Below are positions 36,354-45,216 of a stretch of DNA of 64,000 nucleotides, one piece after another; within the stretch, counting starts at the first letter, position 1; each line of letters opens with the position of its first letter. This stretch comes from Candidatus Aenigmatarchaeota archaeon. Lineage in GTDB: Archaea; Aenigmatarchaeota; Aenigmatarchaeia; Aenigmatarchaeales; JACQIB01. The translations under genes and the position numbers were made by a program. The stretch lies in assembly GCA_016198755.1 (NCBI GenBank), contig JACQIB010000005.1, positions 32,001-96,000 on the forward strand. The letters are read 5' to 3'. The notes under the pieces were generated by a model that was given only the letters and a program-made list of their open reading frames with translations, ran no database searches and was not told where the DNA came from.

Positions 36354-36985
36354 TAAACAAATTCCTTTGACCTTTCTAGTTCGCGTATCTTAGCTTCTAA
36401 ATCAGCTTTCCTGAGCCTCCATGCATTTCTGGACTCTTCTAATGCCCTTCTCTCATCTCCGGCTTTAGTGGCCGAATAGGCTATATTCAACTCTCTCATC
36501 TTCTCATCACATACAATTATATCACTCTTCAGCCTGTCAATAACCTTTCCCTGCTCCCTTCTAGACCATATTTTTCCACCCGCTTTTTCCAGCAACATGC
36601 CTCTGGCCGCAGTTGTTGAAGGGTGTAATATCTTAGGTAGCATAAAAATAACCAAGCTGGTTCCAACAGTTACGAGCATCCAGAACTGGGCTGCCGAAGC
36701 TATAAATGCGTACCAACCATTCCAGATAACAAAAATGTAAAATGCAAAAGACATTAAGAGTCCCAGACCTTTATGACCGGTTCCTATTCTACTATATACT
36801 ATAAAGAGCCACAAAACTATGACTATATGTGGGAAGAAAAGCAAATTCAATAAATCTGATGTCATATCTCCGGTTGGCTGAATCTTTAGAATCCCGAAAA
36901 TTAACTCTGCAATATTGACTTGAGACAGGTCTGGAATGTTAATATTGGGGAGTGTTCCGGCCCCTATCTGAAAGAGTGGAAACAT
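36353..36985 (-). CDS. Membrane protein with C-terminal coiled coil
   Basis: LFFPHIVIVLWLF, 3 TM, charged helical tail. Confidence 0.7.
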   Translation of the reverse strand: MFPLFQIGAGTLPNINIPDLSQVNIAELIFGILKIQPTGDMTSDLLNLLFFPHIVIVLWLFIVYSRIGTGHKGLGLLMSFAFYIFVIWNGWYAFIASAAQFWMLVTVGTSLVIFMLPKILHPSTTAARGMLLEKAGGKIWSRREQGKVIDRLKSDIIVCDEKMRELNIAYSATKAGDERRALEESRNAWRLRKADLEAKIRELERSKEFV

Positions 36986-37015
36986 AAGAATTATTCATGA
37001 GCTATACTTATAAGC

Positions 37016-38458
37016 TTACTCTTTCTTTTCATCATCAACTGGTGTTGATGTAACCTCTATTGGCTTATCTTCTGCTTTATCTGGAAGAATATATGTGAAA
37101 GAATCTGCGGCACCCTTTCCACCCTGAACTTTTGTCTTGCCCCTGAAAAATTTCCCAATTGGAAGAGAACCAGGTTTTAGCAACTCGGCTCTTTTCTGTA
37201 TATAGGCAACAACAGTGGCATCTGTAAGCTCCCCGGCTTTTCTCGCCTCGTCCACATCCCTTCTTGCCTGATCAAGTGTTAATCTCAACCCTGCAACATC
37301 GCGACCAACTTCATCTAACATACCCTGCTTTACAGTAGCATCATTTTCTGCAGCCTCTGCCCTCTTTCTCAGCTCTTCAACCCCTATTAACAGGGTTTCC
37401 CTGTCTGAAGGTGCTGCCTGAGCTTGCTGTACTATTTTATCTGCCTCTGCTTTCACTCTTTCTGCTGCAGCTGCCCTTTCCTCTGCAGTTTTCATGGCAG
37501 CCTCTAAAACTTCCCTCCTCCGCTGCATATCACCCTCCTGATCAACAATTCTTGCTTCCCTCAGATTGAGCGCATCTGCTATTGCTTTGTATTTTACAGA
37601 ATTTTCATCTTCAACAGCCTTGAGACCAGCCTTTTCTTTCTCCAACGCCAGCCTTTGCTGTTCTATGTCTTTTTCTTTCCTGCTAACCATATCAAGTTCA
37701 GCTGCAAGAGCAGCAGTTCCAAGCTGCCTCTCCTTTTCTCTATCTTGATATGCTGTCTCTTCTGTCCTTAGCTTGTCATCCCTTTCTTTCAAACTATCTT
37801 CAAGCTCTCTGTATTGAACCCAGCGCTGCCCCAGTTCCTTTGAACTTGCATCTATATCTGTTCTCTTGGCTTCTAGAGCTCTTGAAGTAGACTCAAATGT
37901 TTCTTTTGCCTGCTTAAGTTCTTCTTTCTCCTTATCAATCCTAGCTCTTTCTTCATCTATTTGTGCCTTTTCCCCAGCCAGTTCATTGTCTTTCTCTTTC
38001 ATGCGCGCTGAGGTCTCTGTATTAAACCTTATGTGCTCCTGAAGTTCTGACATTTGTGAATCATACCTGACTTCCCTTCCTGTTAGATTTTCCTCCCTTG
38101 CTCTCAAATCCCTCTCAACACTTCTCAGATGATTCTGGGCTGCCTTTATCTCATCTTCTCTGGCTTTAACTCCATACCTGCTGTTCTTTAGAACATCTGC
38201 TTCCTCTCTGAGTGCAGCAGCATATTCCCTCAAAAACCAGGTTGTTGCATCCCTTTCTAAATTATTTCTTGTTTCTTGGGTACCTATGGGATCTGCAGTC
38301 CTGTAGTGAGAAATAATATCAGCAAACTGCCTATATGCCTTATCACTTAAGCCCTCTACTTCCGGAAGTCCAAATTTTGATGTTATATGAGTGTAAAGGC
38401 TTTGAGCTGCTTTTATGTCCTTTTCTGCTCCGGCTGCCCTTGGATCATCATTTATCAT
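37016..38458 (-). CDS. Orphan coiled-coil protein
   Basis: N-terminal module shared with the next ORF, then a long E/K/R/A coiled coil. Confidence 0.7.
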   Translation of the reverse strand: MINDDPRAAGAEKDIKAAQSLYTHITSKFGLPEVEGLSDKAYRQFADIISHYRTADPIGTQETRNNLERDATTWFLREYAAALREEADVLKNSRYGVKAREDEIKAAQNHLRSVERDLRAREENLTGREVRYDSQMSELQEHIRFNTETSARMKEKDNELAGEKAQIDEERARIDKEKEELKQAKETFESTSRALEAKRTDIDASSKELGQRWVQYRELEDSLKERDDKLRTEETAYQDREKERQLGTAALAAELDMVSRKEKDIEQQRLALEKEKAGLKAVEDENSVKYKAIADALNLREARIVDQEGDMQRRREVLEAAMKTAEERAAAAERVKAEADKIVQQAQAAPSDRETLLIGVEELRKRAEAAENDATVKQGMLDEVGRDVAGLRLTLDQARRDVDEARKAGELTDATVVAYIQKRAELLKPGSLPIGKFFRGKTKVQGGKGAADSFTYILPDKAEDKPIEVTSTPVDDEKKE

Positions 38459-38489
38459 ATTTTATCACTGAATATTAAAACTTAAATAC
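38456..38489 (-). promoter_or_regulatory. 34-bp promoter/start cassette, copy 1
   Basis: GTATTTAAGTTTTAATATTCAGTGATAAAATATG; 32/34 identical to 40078-40111. Confidence 0.8.
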
Positions 38490-40080
38490 TACCCCATCTT
38501 GCATATGGATCATCATCTGTTGGATTAATCTCTCCTGGTGTTCCACCGTTTCTTTTATGAGGCACTACAGCTGGTTCTACTTCCAACGCTGGCTCCTGTT
38601 CTAAAGGCGGAGCTGATGGTGGCTCAGCGAAAGATACTGGTGGATATGGAACCGATCTTGGTCTAAATGGAACTGGTCCTGGTCTCCATGCTGGAGGTGG
38701 CTGTATAGGCCGTGAACCCTCTTCTACTTGTCCAAATGAAGCAGGCAATGGCTCCTCTCTTCCAGCTCGTTCCCCTTCTCCATATGCCCATGGTGGAGGT
38801 GGTGGAACAGGAGATTGTACTGGTTCATCATACTGAGATGGTGAATATGGTGGTGGCTCTCGAGGAGGAGCGAGTAATGGAATTGACTGTACTGGAGATT
38901 TTGGAGTCTCCGGAGGCGGAGGAATTGGTGATTTGCGTCGTGATAAATAGTATCCTAAACCAGCTCTCATTCTCCCTGCCCCGACTCCCATTTTATATAG
39001 GCCATCACTTGCATACCTTCTAGCAGACCTTCTTGCTGATTTTGCAGGTTTATTTGCTTCTTTTACACTATTCGCTAAGCTCTTTATCCCATCTAAAGTG
39101 TCAATCTCTTTGTTAGCCCATTCTTTTATGCGTTCCAATCTATTATTGTCTCCATAAAAAATAACACGATATCCAGGAGGAGAATTTTTGGAGATATCCA
39201 TCGGAACTTTTCCTTTGAGACTCGAAATTGTTGTTACTGCCCTTTCATCAATTGCAGTGCTATTACGTATCAGGTGATTTACTGCAGCCTCTACTTGGGC
39301 TTTGCTGCCGTAAAATCTTCCTCTCATAACTCTGCCTGTTTTAAGAGGCTTTGTAAGATCTGTTTTTTTCATTAAATATTCAGCAGCTCCGGATTTTGGT
39401 ATTAGAATAGCTGACCCGTCACTTCCGTAGTATGCGTTTGCTTCCCTACCTGGTTGAAATTCATAAGTAACTTTTTCTTTCTTAGGCTTTTGTGTTTTTC
39501 CAGGTTTAATTACTATAACAACCTCATCATCCGCATTTCCGGATTGAGGAATACTGTTACCTGACTCCCGTATATTAAATACCCCACCAATTGGAGTATA
39601 AGGCGATTCCCCTCTGAACCAACTTCTTGGTTTTCCGGTAGTAACTGGTGCTTGTCCGAAAGAAGATGGAACTGTTATGGGCGGAACTCCAGTAACCGGT
39701 TCATCTGAACCAGATGCACCGCTGGGTGAAAGATACCCAGGTCCTTTAACATCCGGAGTAGAAGAAGGTGGTGACGCTGTAGAACTTCCCCCAGCCCTCG
39801 ATTTGGCTGGATTATAAAAAGTATCCATAAACCAGTTGTATGCTGCATCAGCCTCTTCCCTTGAAATTTCTTTGAATCTTCCAGGATCTCCCATTACACG
39901 TGTGTCGACCCTTCTTACAGTAGATGATAATACAGCTAAAACGTCTTTCTCAGGTATTCCGTATTCTTTAACATCGCTCTCAAGAACTCCTGCCCTCCTT
40001 AATATGGATTTGTATAGAGTTCTGGCTCCCTGCATATCTGGACTTTCTGGAGGCGGTGTTGGTTTTTTGAATATTCCCAT
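38482..40080 (-). CDS. Orphan Pro-rich modular protein
   Basis: 532 aa; poly-Pro tracts; modules shared with both neighbours. Confidence 0.7.
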   Translation of the reverse strand: MGIFKKPTPPPESPDMQGARTLYKSILRRAGVLESDVKEYGIPEKDVLAVLSSTVRRVDTRVMGDPGRFKEISREEADAAYNWFMDTFYNPAKSRAGGSSTASPPSSTPDVKGPGYLSPSGASGSDEPVTGVPPITVPSSFGQAPVTTGKPRSWFRGESPYTPIGGVFNIRESGNSIPQSGNADDEVVIVIKPGKTQKPKKEKVTYEFQPGREANAYYGSDGSAILIPKSGAAEYLMKKTDLTKPLKTGRVMRGRFYGSKAQVEAAVNHLIRNSTAIDERAVTTISSLKGKVPMDISKNSPPGYRVIFYGDNNRLERIKEWANKEIDTLDGIKSLANSVKEANKPAKSARRSARRYASDGLYKMGVGAGRMRAGLGYYLSRRKSPIPPPPETPKSPVQSIPLLAPPREPPPYSPSQYDEPVQSPVPPPPPWAYGEGERAGREEPLPASFGQVEEGSRPIQPPPAWRPGPVPFRPRSVPYPPVSFAEPPSAPPLEQEPALEVEPAVVPHKRNGGTPGEINPTDDDPYARWGSI

Positions 40081-40111
40081 ATTTTATCACTGAATAGTAA
40101 ACCTTAAATAC
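40078..40111 (-). promoter_or_regulatory. 34-bp promoter/start cassette, copy 2
   Basis: GTATTTAAGGTTTACTATTCAGTGATAAAATATG. Confidence 0.8.
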
Positions 40112-41299
40112 CTATGGTTTCCCTCCTTCGTCATTATAAATAGTTTCCCAGTCAATTTCTGGTTTGGCATTCTTTTGAGGTGCGGACTTTTTTCTCCTGC
40201 CAAACAAAGTCCACTTTCTTTTGGGAGGTCCTTCTACTACTGTTATGCCTGATTGAGGAACTGGAACTGATACGGGATTAGAAGGTATTGTAGGTCCTAC
40301 AAGAGCTGTTAAACAACTTTGATAAAATTGTTCTGTCGGTCCCCTCAATTCAACATTATCACCCATACCAGCTAGGTCTCCTTTTGCCTTCAAAAGAGCA
40401 TTCATAATATTTCTTTGTTTATCAGTTACCCACAAAACAGCAGACTCCCCATCCCCATCTAAAGGAACTACACCTTTTATTTTAGAAACCATAACTGAAC
40501 CGGGTTTGTCTAAACTATATCTACCTTTCCTGAGTGTATCCAAAACACCGTCTGCATCTGTTTGTGTCATATTAATTAATCTTAATTGTTTTCCGGTATT
40601 TTGCCTTCTTAGATATTCCACTGCACCAGGTGTTAAATAAAGTTTAACTTCACCACCATCAAACCTTCTTATTTTTATTCCCGGCAGGCCTTCAGGAACC
40701 TCTTCATTATAGCCTACTCCGCCTTCTCCTGCAGATTCAACTCTTATTTGAATTGTTTTTACATTACTTTCTGCTCCATGTGAAGATGTTTCTGAACCTC
40801 CTTTAGTATCCTCATGAAATTCAGATGGAAGATTGTCGATCATGACAGTGTTCCAGTAAGCAGCAAATGATTTTGCATCTTCTCCACTAACCTCGTAATT
40901 GCCATTTCCAACATCTTTTACTGTTAATTTGAATCTCTTACCTAAACCTTCGCTATCAAAAACCTCTTTTCTTATCTTATCTAGATAGAATACACTTGAA
41001 TCAGTACGTTGTTTACTGCCCGGGAGCTCTGCTACACTTTGTCCAGTATCTTCGTAAACAGGATCAAGATCAGAATTAGTTGCCTTTTTCCATGCATCTC
41101 TTATTCTTTCAGCATCTTGACCTTCTACTAAGTATCCAGTATTATCCTTTGTGGGGGTTATTGTAATATCTAGGATTCTATCCCAAGCTCTTCTTTTGAT
41201 TTCTGTAAGATATGTTGCGTTTATAACATACCCCTTTACATTCCTGTTTTCTGGACTCTGAGCTTTTGGTTCTTTAGAATCTTCTGCTGCACCTTCCAT
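40112..41299 (-). CDS. Orphan modular protein with internal duplication
   Basis: YL..I....(W/F)D...Y.V.G.DA.....W present twice; GAVEYL/KGVVPLD module. Confidence 0.7.
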   Translation of the reverse strand: MEGAAEDSKEPKAQSPENRNVKGYVINATYLTEIKRRAWDRILDITITPTKDNTGYLVEGQDAERIRDAWKKATNSDLDPVYEDTGQSVAELPGSKQRTDSSVFYLDKIRKEVFDSEGLGKRFKLTVKDVGNGNYEVSGEDAKSFAAYWNTVMIDNLPSEFHEDTKGGSETSSHGAESNVKTIQIRVESAGEGGVGYNEEVPEGLPGIKIRRFDGGEVKLYLTPGAVEYLRRQNTGKQLRLINMTQTDADGVLDTLRKGRYSLDKPGSVMVSKIKGVVPLDGDGESAVLWVTDKQRNIMNALLKAKGDLAGMGDNVELRGPTEQFYQSCLTALVGPTIPSNPVSVPVPQSGITVVEGPPKRKWTLFGRRKKSAPQKNAKPEIDWETIYNDEGGKP

Positions 41300-41302
41300 A
41301 TT

Positions 41303-41998
41303 TTATCCCCCAAATCTTTTTGCACGTGCATCAGTGTCACTCAGTATTCTTTCTATTCTCCTATCAAGAGCTACGTCTACACTTGCACCTGCATATGCAA
41401 CCATTCCCCTGTAAAGTGGACTCTGAGCTATCTTTAATCCTTCCATTACACCGGCGAATGTAGCGCCATCATATCCCCTATATTCTACTTGTGCATTTCC
41501 AACAATTACATTATGTGGTGTTCCAGGAGGAAATGCCTGATAAAAGCCTATACCTTCCTGTAATCCAGCAATACGCTTACCTGCATCCTCTTTTACTCTA
41601 ATTAGAGCTTGTTTCTTTACTTCTTTTAATGTATCTGGTTTTTCTATGTTTCTACTCGCTATAAGTGCCGCATCAGATGATGCAGTCAACTCAGACGCAG
41701 GCTTAATTCCCTGTGTAGTAGCTGTATAAATTGCATCTGCTTTCTGATAACCTCCACCGAAAGCTATGCCTCTAAAAAAGCGGTATACATCTCTCAAACC
41801 TATTACACCTAGCAATGGTCCAATTCCAAGATCCTCCCAATCCATCCTTTCTGCAATTGTTAATGTTGCATCGGGCTGCCTCTCCTTTCTTCCTCCGGCA
41901 GTTAACACTGTCTGCTCTGCTCCTAGAATTACATCTATAGGATCATTCTTATCGGGAGGAAGTGACTCCGGTACAAGAACTGTTGTTGTTGGTGCCAT
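41303..41998 (-). CDS. Hypothetical protein
   Basis: 231 aa; preceded by GTGATAAAATATG. Confidence 0.65.
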   Translation of the reverse strand: MAPTTTVLVPESLPPDKNDPIDVILGAEQTVLTAGGRKERQPDATLTIAERMDWEDLGIGPLLGVIGLRDVYRFFRGIAFGGGYQKADAIYTATTQGIKPASELTASSDAALIASRNIEKPDTLKEVKKQALIRVKEDAGKRIAGLQEGIGFYQAFPPGTPHNVIVGNAQVEYRGYDGATFAGVMEGLKIAQSPLYRGMVAYAGASVDVALDRRIERILSDTDARAKRFGG

Positions 41999-42094
41999 AT
42001 TTTATCACTCATTATTTGGCAGCAAAACAATAAATCCTGAGTGTGAAATTGTTTTACTACCTAATAGTAGTATGTATTAACTAGTATATAAAGC

Positions 42095-43297
42095 CTACTG
42101 TTCGGGTGTTCCACCATTTCCCTTTTGCAACTCTTCCATCATTCTGCGCCTTATTTTGCTTAGTTCCACATCATCTGAATCAGATGGCTCTACTGGAGGG
42201 CTGGATTTTACTTTCTCTGCTACTCTCGCGGTTTCTGAGTCCGGAGACCTTTCACCAAAACCTAAATCCGCCAATACTCTCTTTTTGTTTTCATCGTCTT
42301 GAGATGGCTCAACAGGAACACCACTTTTTATTTCTTCTAAAACTCTATCTGTTTCTGGATCCATAGCCCTTCCGCTTGGTACTCCAGTACCCTGGCCTGC
42401 TTCTGGTTTATCATTCCGCACAGGTGGAACATATCCTGGAACTGGTTTATCAGAAGGCGGCTCGTATGTTGTAGAGACATGAGCTCCTGCAGCATAATCA
42501 CCTAAACCTGGAGTTTTAGCAGGTTCATCACTCTCAAACTCTGCTCCACAACATCCGCACCTAGCATCAGCAGCGCCAACATCTGCACCACACGATGGGC
42601 ACTCGAAAGCTTCTAATTTTTCGTCTTCTCCTTTTGGAGAATCTTCTCCATCTCCGCGATCAAGTCTTGTGAGTCTTGGACTACCGAAACCTTTATCCTT
42701 GGAGATTTTTAACCTGTCTAAAGCAACCCCTACAAGCATCTGGGCTTTTCTTAGATTATTTTCATAATGCAGATCTCCACTGCCCTTCCTCTCTGCTGCC
42801 TGTAAATGAAGCATTGCTGCAGTCACATCAGCCCCTACCTTCTCTGCAGCTTCTATATACCCCCTAACTCTTTCCATCTTAGGATCTAAAATAAGAACGC
42901 GACTTGACCTGTATGGAGGTGCGGGTGGAACTGGCGCCCTTCTTGGCGGTGATGGAGCAGGTCGGGAAGATGAAGGATTAGGATTATGACCTGCCGGAGG
43001 AGTTGGAATTCTCCTTGGAGGTTCATAACCAGAAGATTCTACTGTAGCTGGAGGAAGCGTTATAGGAAGTGCAGTGGGTTTCCTGCTTATTGCTATAGTC
43101 AGCCTATCCTGAATATCTTCTATTCTTGAATCAACTCCAAATTTGCCTTTATAGGGAGTTAAAGCATTCAGAGCAAGTTGGTAAGCTTGTGCAGCTGAAC
43201 CATAATCATGTAACCTTGCTAATCTGTCTCCTGCTCTTACGTAAGCATCTGCTCCAGCAACTTCCTTTCTCTTTTTAGTAATAAGGAGTAATTTCAT
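42095..43297 (-). CDS. Mosaic protein: TPR/MIT-like head, Pro-rich linker, zinc ribbon
   Basis: DYGSAAQAYQLAL; FECPSCGADVGAADARCGCCGAEF. Confidence 0.7.
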   Translation of the reverse strand: MKLLLITKKRKEVAGADAYVRAGDRLARLHDYGSAAQAYQLALNALTPYKGKFGVDSRIEDIQDRLTIAISRKPTALPITLPPATVESSGYEPPRRIPTPPAGHNPNPSSSRPAPSPPRRAPVPPAPPYRSSRVLILDPKMERVRGYIEAAEKVGADVTAAMLHLQAAERKGSGDLHYENNLRKAQMLVGVALDRLKISKDKGFGSPRLTRLDRGDGEDSPKGEDEKLEAFECPSCGADVGAADARCGCCGAEFESDEPAKTPGLGDYAAGAHVSTTYEPPSDKPVPGYVPPVRNDKPEAGQGTGVPSGRAMDPETDRVLEEIKSGVPVEPSQDDENKKRVLADLGFGERSPDSETARVAEKVKSSPPVEPSDSDDVELSKIRRRMMEELQKGNGGTPEQ

Positions 43298-43330
43298 TCT
43301 TATTACTGTATGGTAGTTAATATTTAAAGC

Positions 43331-43582
43331 TTACTGTTCTGGGCGCTGGAAGACTCCAAGCTGTGTGCAAATCTCCAGTATAGCCCAAGCCCAGATTACT
43401 GCCTCAAAGGCTCTAACTAAGTCACCGGAGCCTAGAAAGTGCTTTGAGTCGGAAATATAGGCTTTCATGTTTTCCATCATTTCTTCTCCTTTTTCGTCTG
43501 AGAGTTGTATTTGGTCTATAAATGGCTCTATTTTATCCAGCCACTTTTCAACTTCTTTCTCTGTCAGTTTCAACTTGTCCAT
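43331..43582 (-). CDS. DUF357 domain protein
   Basis: AYISDSKHFL..GDLVRAFEAVIWAWAILE. Confidence 0.9.
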   Translation of the reverse strand: MDKLKLTEKEVEKWLDKIEPFIDQIQLSDEKGEEMMENMKAYISDSKHFLGSGDLVRAFEAVIWAWAILEICTQLGVFQRPEQ

Positions 43583-43633
43583 TCTATCTCCCCGGTCTGT
43601 TTCTTGCGCTGCAAAATTTGGAGCTGGCTGTAT

Positions 43634-44407
43634 TTATTGGCTGCGGGTGGCCTTGAGTTTTTCCAATATAGATTTTTTGACAGACTTGAACTCCGGCACC
43701 ATTGGTATAAGTGGGTCTAGTTCAGAGTTCCAGATAGCCTCTTTAAGGTTCAGGTGCTTTTCAAATTTACCTGGGCTCCAGCTTTCCCTATAATATTCCA
43801 GTTTTTTATCTGTCAATTCCTTATCAAAGGAAACTCCTTTCTCAAGCAGGAACCAAAGATCATAAACATCCCTGGCTTTTGTTCGGCTCATTATAGCCCT
43901 GACCTTTTCAGCCAGTATTTCCCTTTCGTCCATTACTAGGACATCAAACTCCGGTAGTTCCTCAATAAATCTCCCAACGGTTTTAATTAGTGGTTTCAAG
44001 GTTACATTTTCCCTAAAGCTAAAGTCTATGATAAAATTGCAAATGCTGTGCCTTACACCAAGATATAACGGTCCAGTTATTCTAAGAATAATTTTTAAAC
44101 CGTTTTCATACTCCTTTGTCTCAATTTCGTACTCTATACCAAATCTTTTCAGTCCAGACTCTAATTTTTTAGTGTCTACCTTGCCTACGCATGTAAAATC
44201 CAAATCTTCTGAAAACCTGTTCAGACCATAGCATTTTTTTAAGGCAGTGCCACCCTTAAAAATAAGGGTGTTTCCATACTCTTGGTAGAGAATAAACAAT
44301 ATTATATTCTGGATATAGTCCTTTTCTGCTTGGCCTAGATTTTTTAGACCTGCAACTTTTGCATAGTTTTTTAATTCTTCCTTTTGTATCATATCTTTAG
44401 CCTCCAT
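43634..44407 (-). CDS. AbiEii-family nucleotidyltransferase toxin
   Basis: EKDYIQ, FKGGTALKKCYGLNRFSEDLDF, EILAEKVRA, ARDVYDLW. Confidence 0.92.
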   Translation of the reverse strand: MEAKDMIQKEELKNYAKVAGLKNLGQAEKDYIQNIILFILYQEYGNTLIFKGGTALKKCYGLNRFSEDLDFTCVGKVDTKKLESGLKRFGIEYEIETKEYENGLKIILRITGPLYLGVRHSICNFIIDFSFRENVTLKPLIKTVGRFIEELPEFDVLVMDEREILAEKVRAIMSRTKARDVYDLWFLLEKGVSFDKELTDKKLEYYRESWSPGKFEKHLNLKEAIWNSELDPLIPMVPEFKSVKKSILEKLKATRSQ

Positions 44408-45075
44408 TTACTATATGTTTTTTCCCATTTCTTTGAGAATGGATTTAAAACGACATAGTTTTTGTCTAAGATAAAGTTGTGAGATATATCCACGCTCTTA
44501 ATAGTTTCCAGTAAATAACCGACTCGCTTAATAACATTGTTATTGCCTGTGATCTGGAGGTATTTAACAACTTTATCCTCATCTATTTTTGCGTTCTCAA
44601 ATATTTTTATTATTTCGTCAAAATTTCCACATTCCTTTGGTCTCAGAAAACAGTCTATTAAAAGCTTTTCATCCTCTGCAATAAAAATATCCCCCTCGTC
44701 CGTTCTTATTTTTTTATAGCCAAAAACTGGCTTAATGGAAACAAATTTTATATCGTACCCTTCAAACTTTATTGGGACGGCTCTTCTTGTGGTCGCGACC
44801 TGAACAGTGTTAAGAATCTGTTCTGTGTAACCAAGAAAGTAGGATGCTGACCAGAACGAGATATAGGAAGGATAAACTATGTTGCTAGCTATCAAGAAAA
44901 TGCTGTCCTTTGTGGTGTAAGCGTTTCTTTTTATCTTTTTTACTAACCCTCTTTGTTTTAACCTGTTCAAAATCAACTTTGCATATATTCCCTTACAATA
45001 CCCAATACGCTCTATATCTTGTATCTTAAAGACCGCTTTAGCTCTAAGCTTATCTAAAAGTTCTATCGCTTTCAT
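44389..45075 (-). CDS. AbiEi-family antitoxin / transcriptional regulator
   Basis: N-terminal wHTH, PSYISFWSA, EKLLID, KRVGYLLE. Confidence 0.88.
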   Translation of the reverse strand: MKAIELLDKLRAKAVFKIQDIERIGYCKGIYAKLILNRLKQRGLVKKIKRNAYTTKDSIFLIASNIVYPSYISFWSASYFLGYTEQILNTVQVATTRRAVPIKFEGYDIKFVSIKPVFGYKKIRTDEGDIFIAEDEKLLIDCFLRPKECGNFDEIIKIFENAKIDEDKVVKYLQITGNNNVIKRVGYLLETIKSVDISHNFILDKNYVVLNPFSKKWEKTYSKWRLKI

Positions 45076-45105
45076 ATTATATTGTTTCTTGTTTTATGTA
45101 TATAA

Positions 45106-45188
45106 AGTTATCATTTTTGATAACTATCACTATACTTTATAGGAAAATATCTTATTTCAATTCTATATAATGATCAAATTTGATAACT
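45106..45188. promoter_or_regulatory. Two inverted-repeat operators upstream of abiEi
   Basis: AGTTATCA-TTTT-TGATAACT (45106-45125) and AATGATCA-AATT-TGATAACT (45169-45188); TTTATATA box at 45099-45106. Confidence 0.7.
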
Positions 45189-45216
45189 ATCTGGCAATTT
45201 TTTAGGAACTGCAGAC

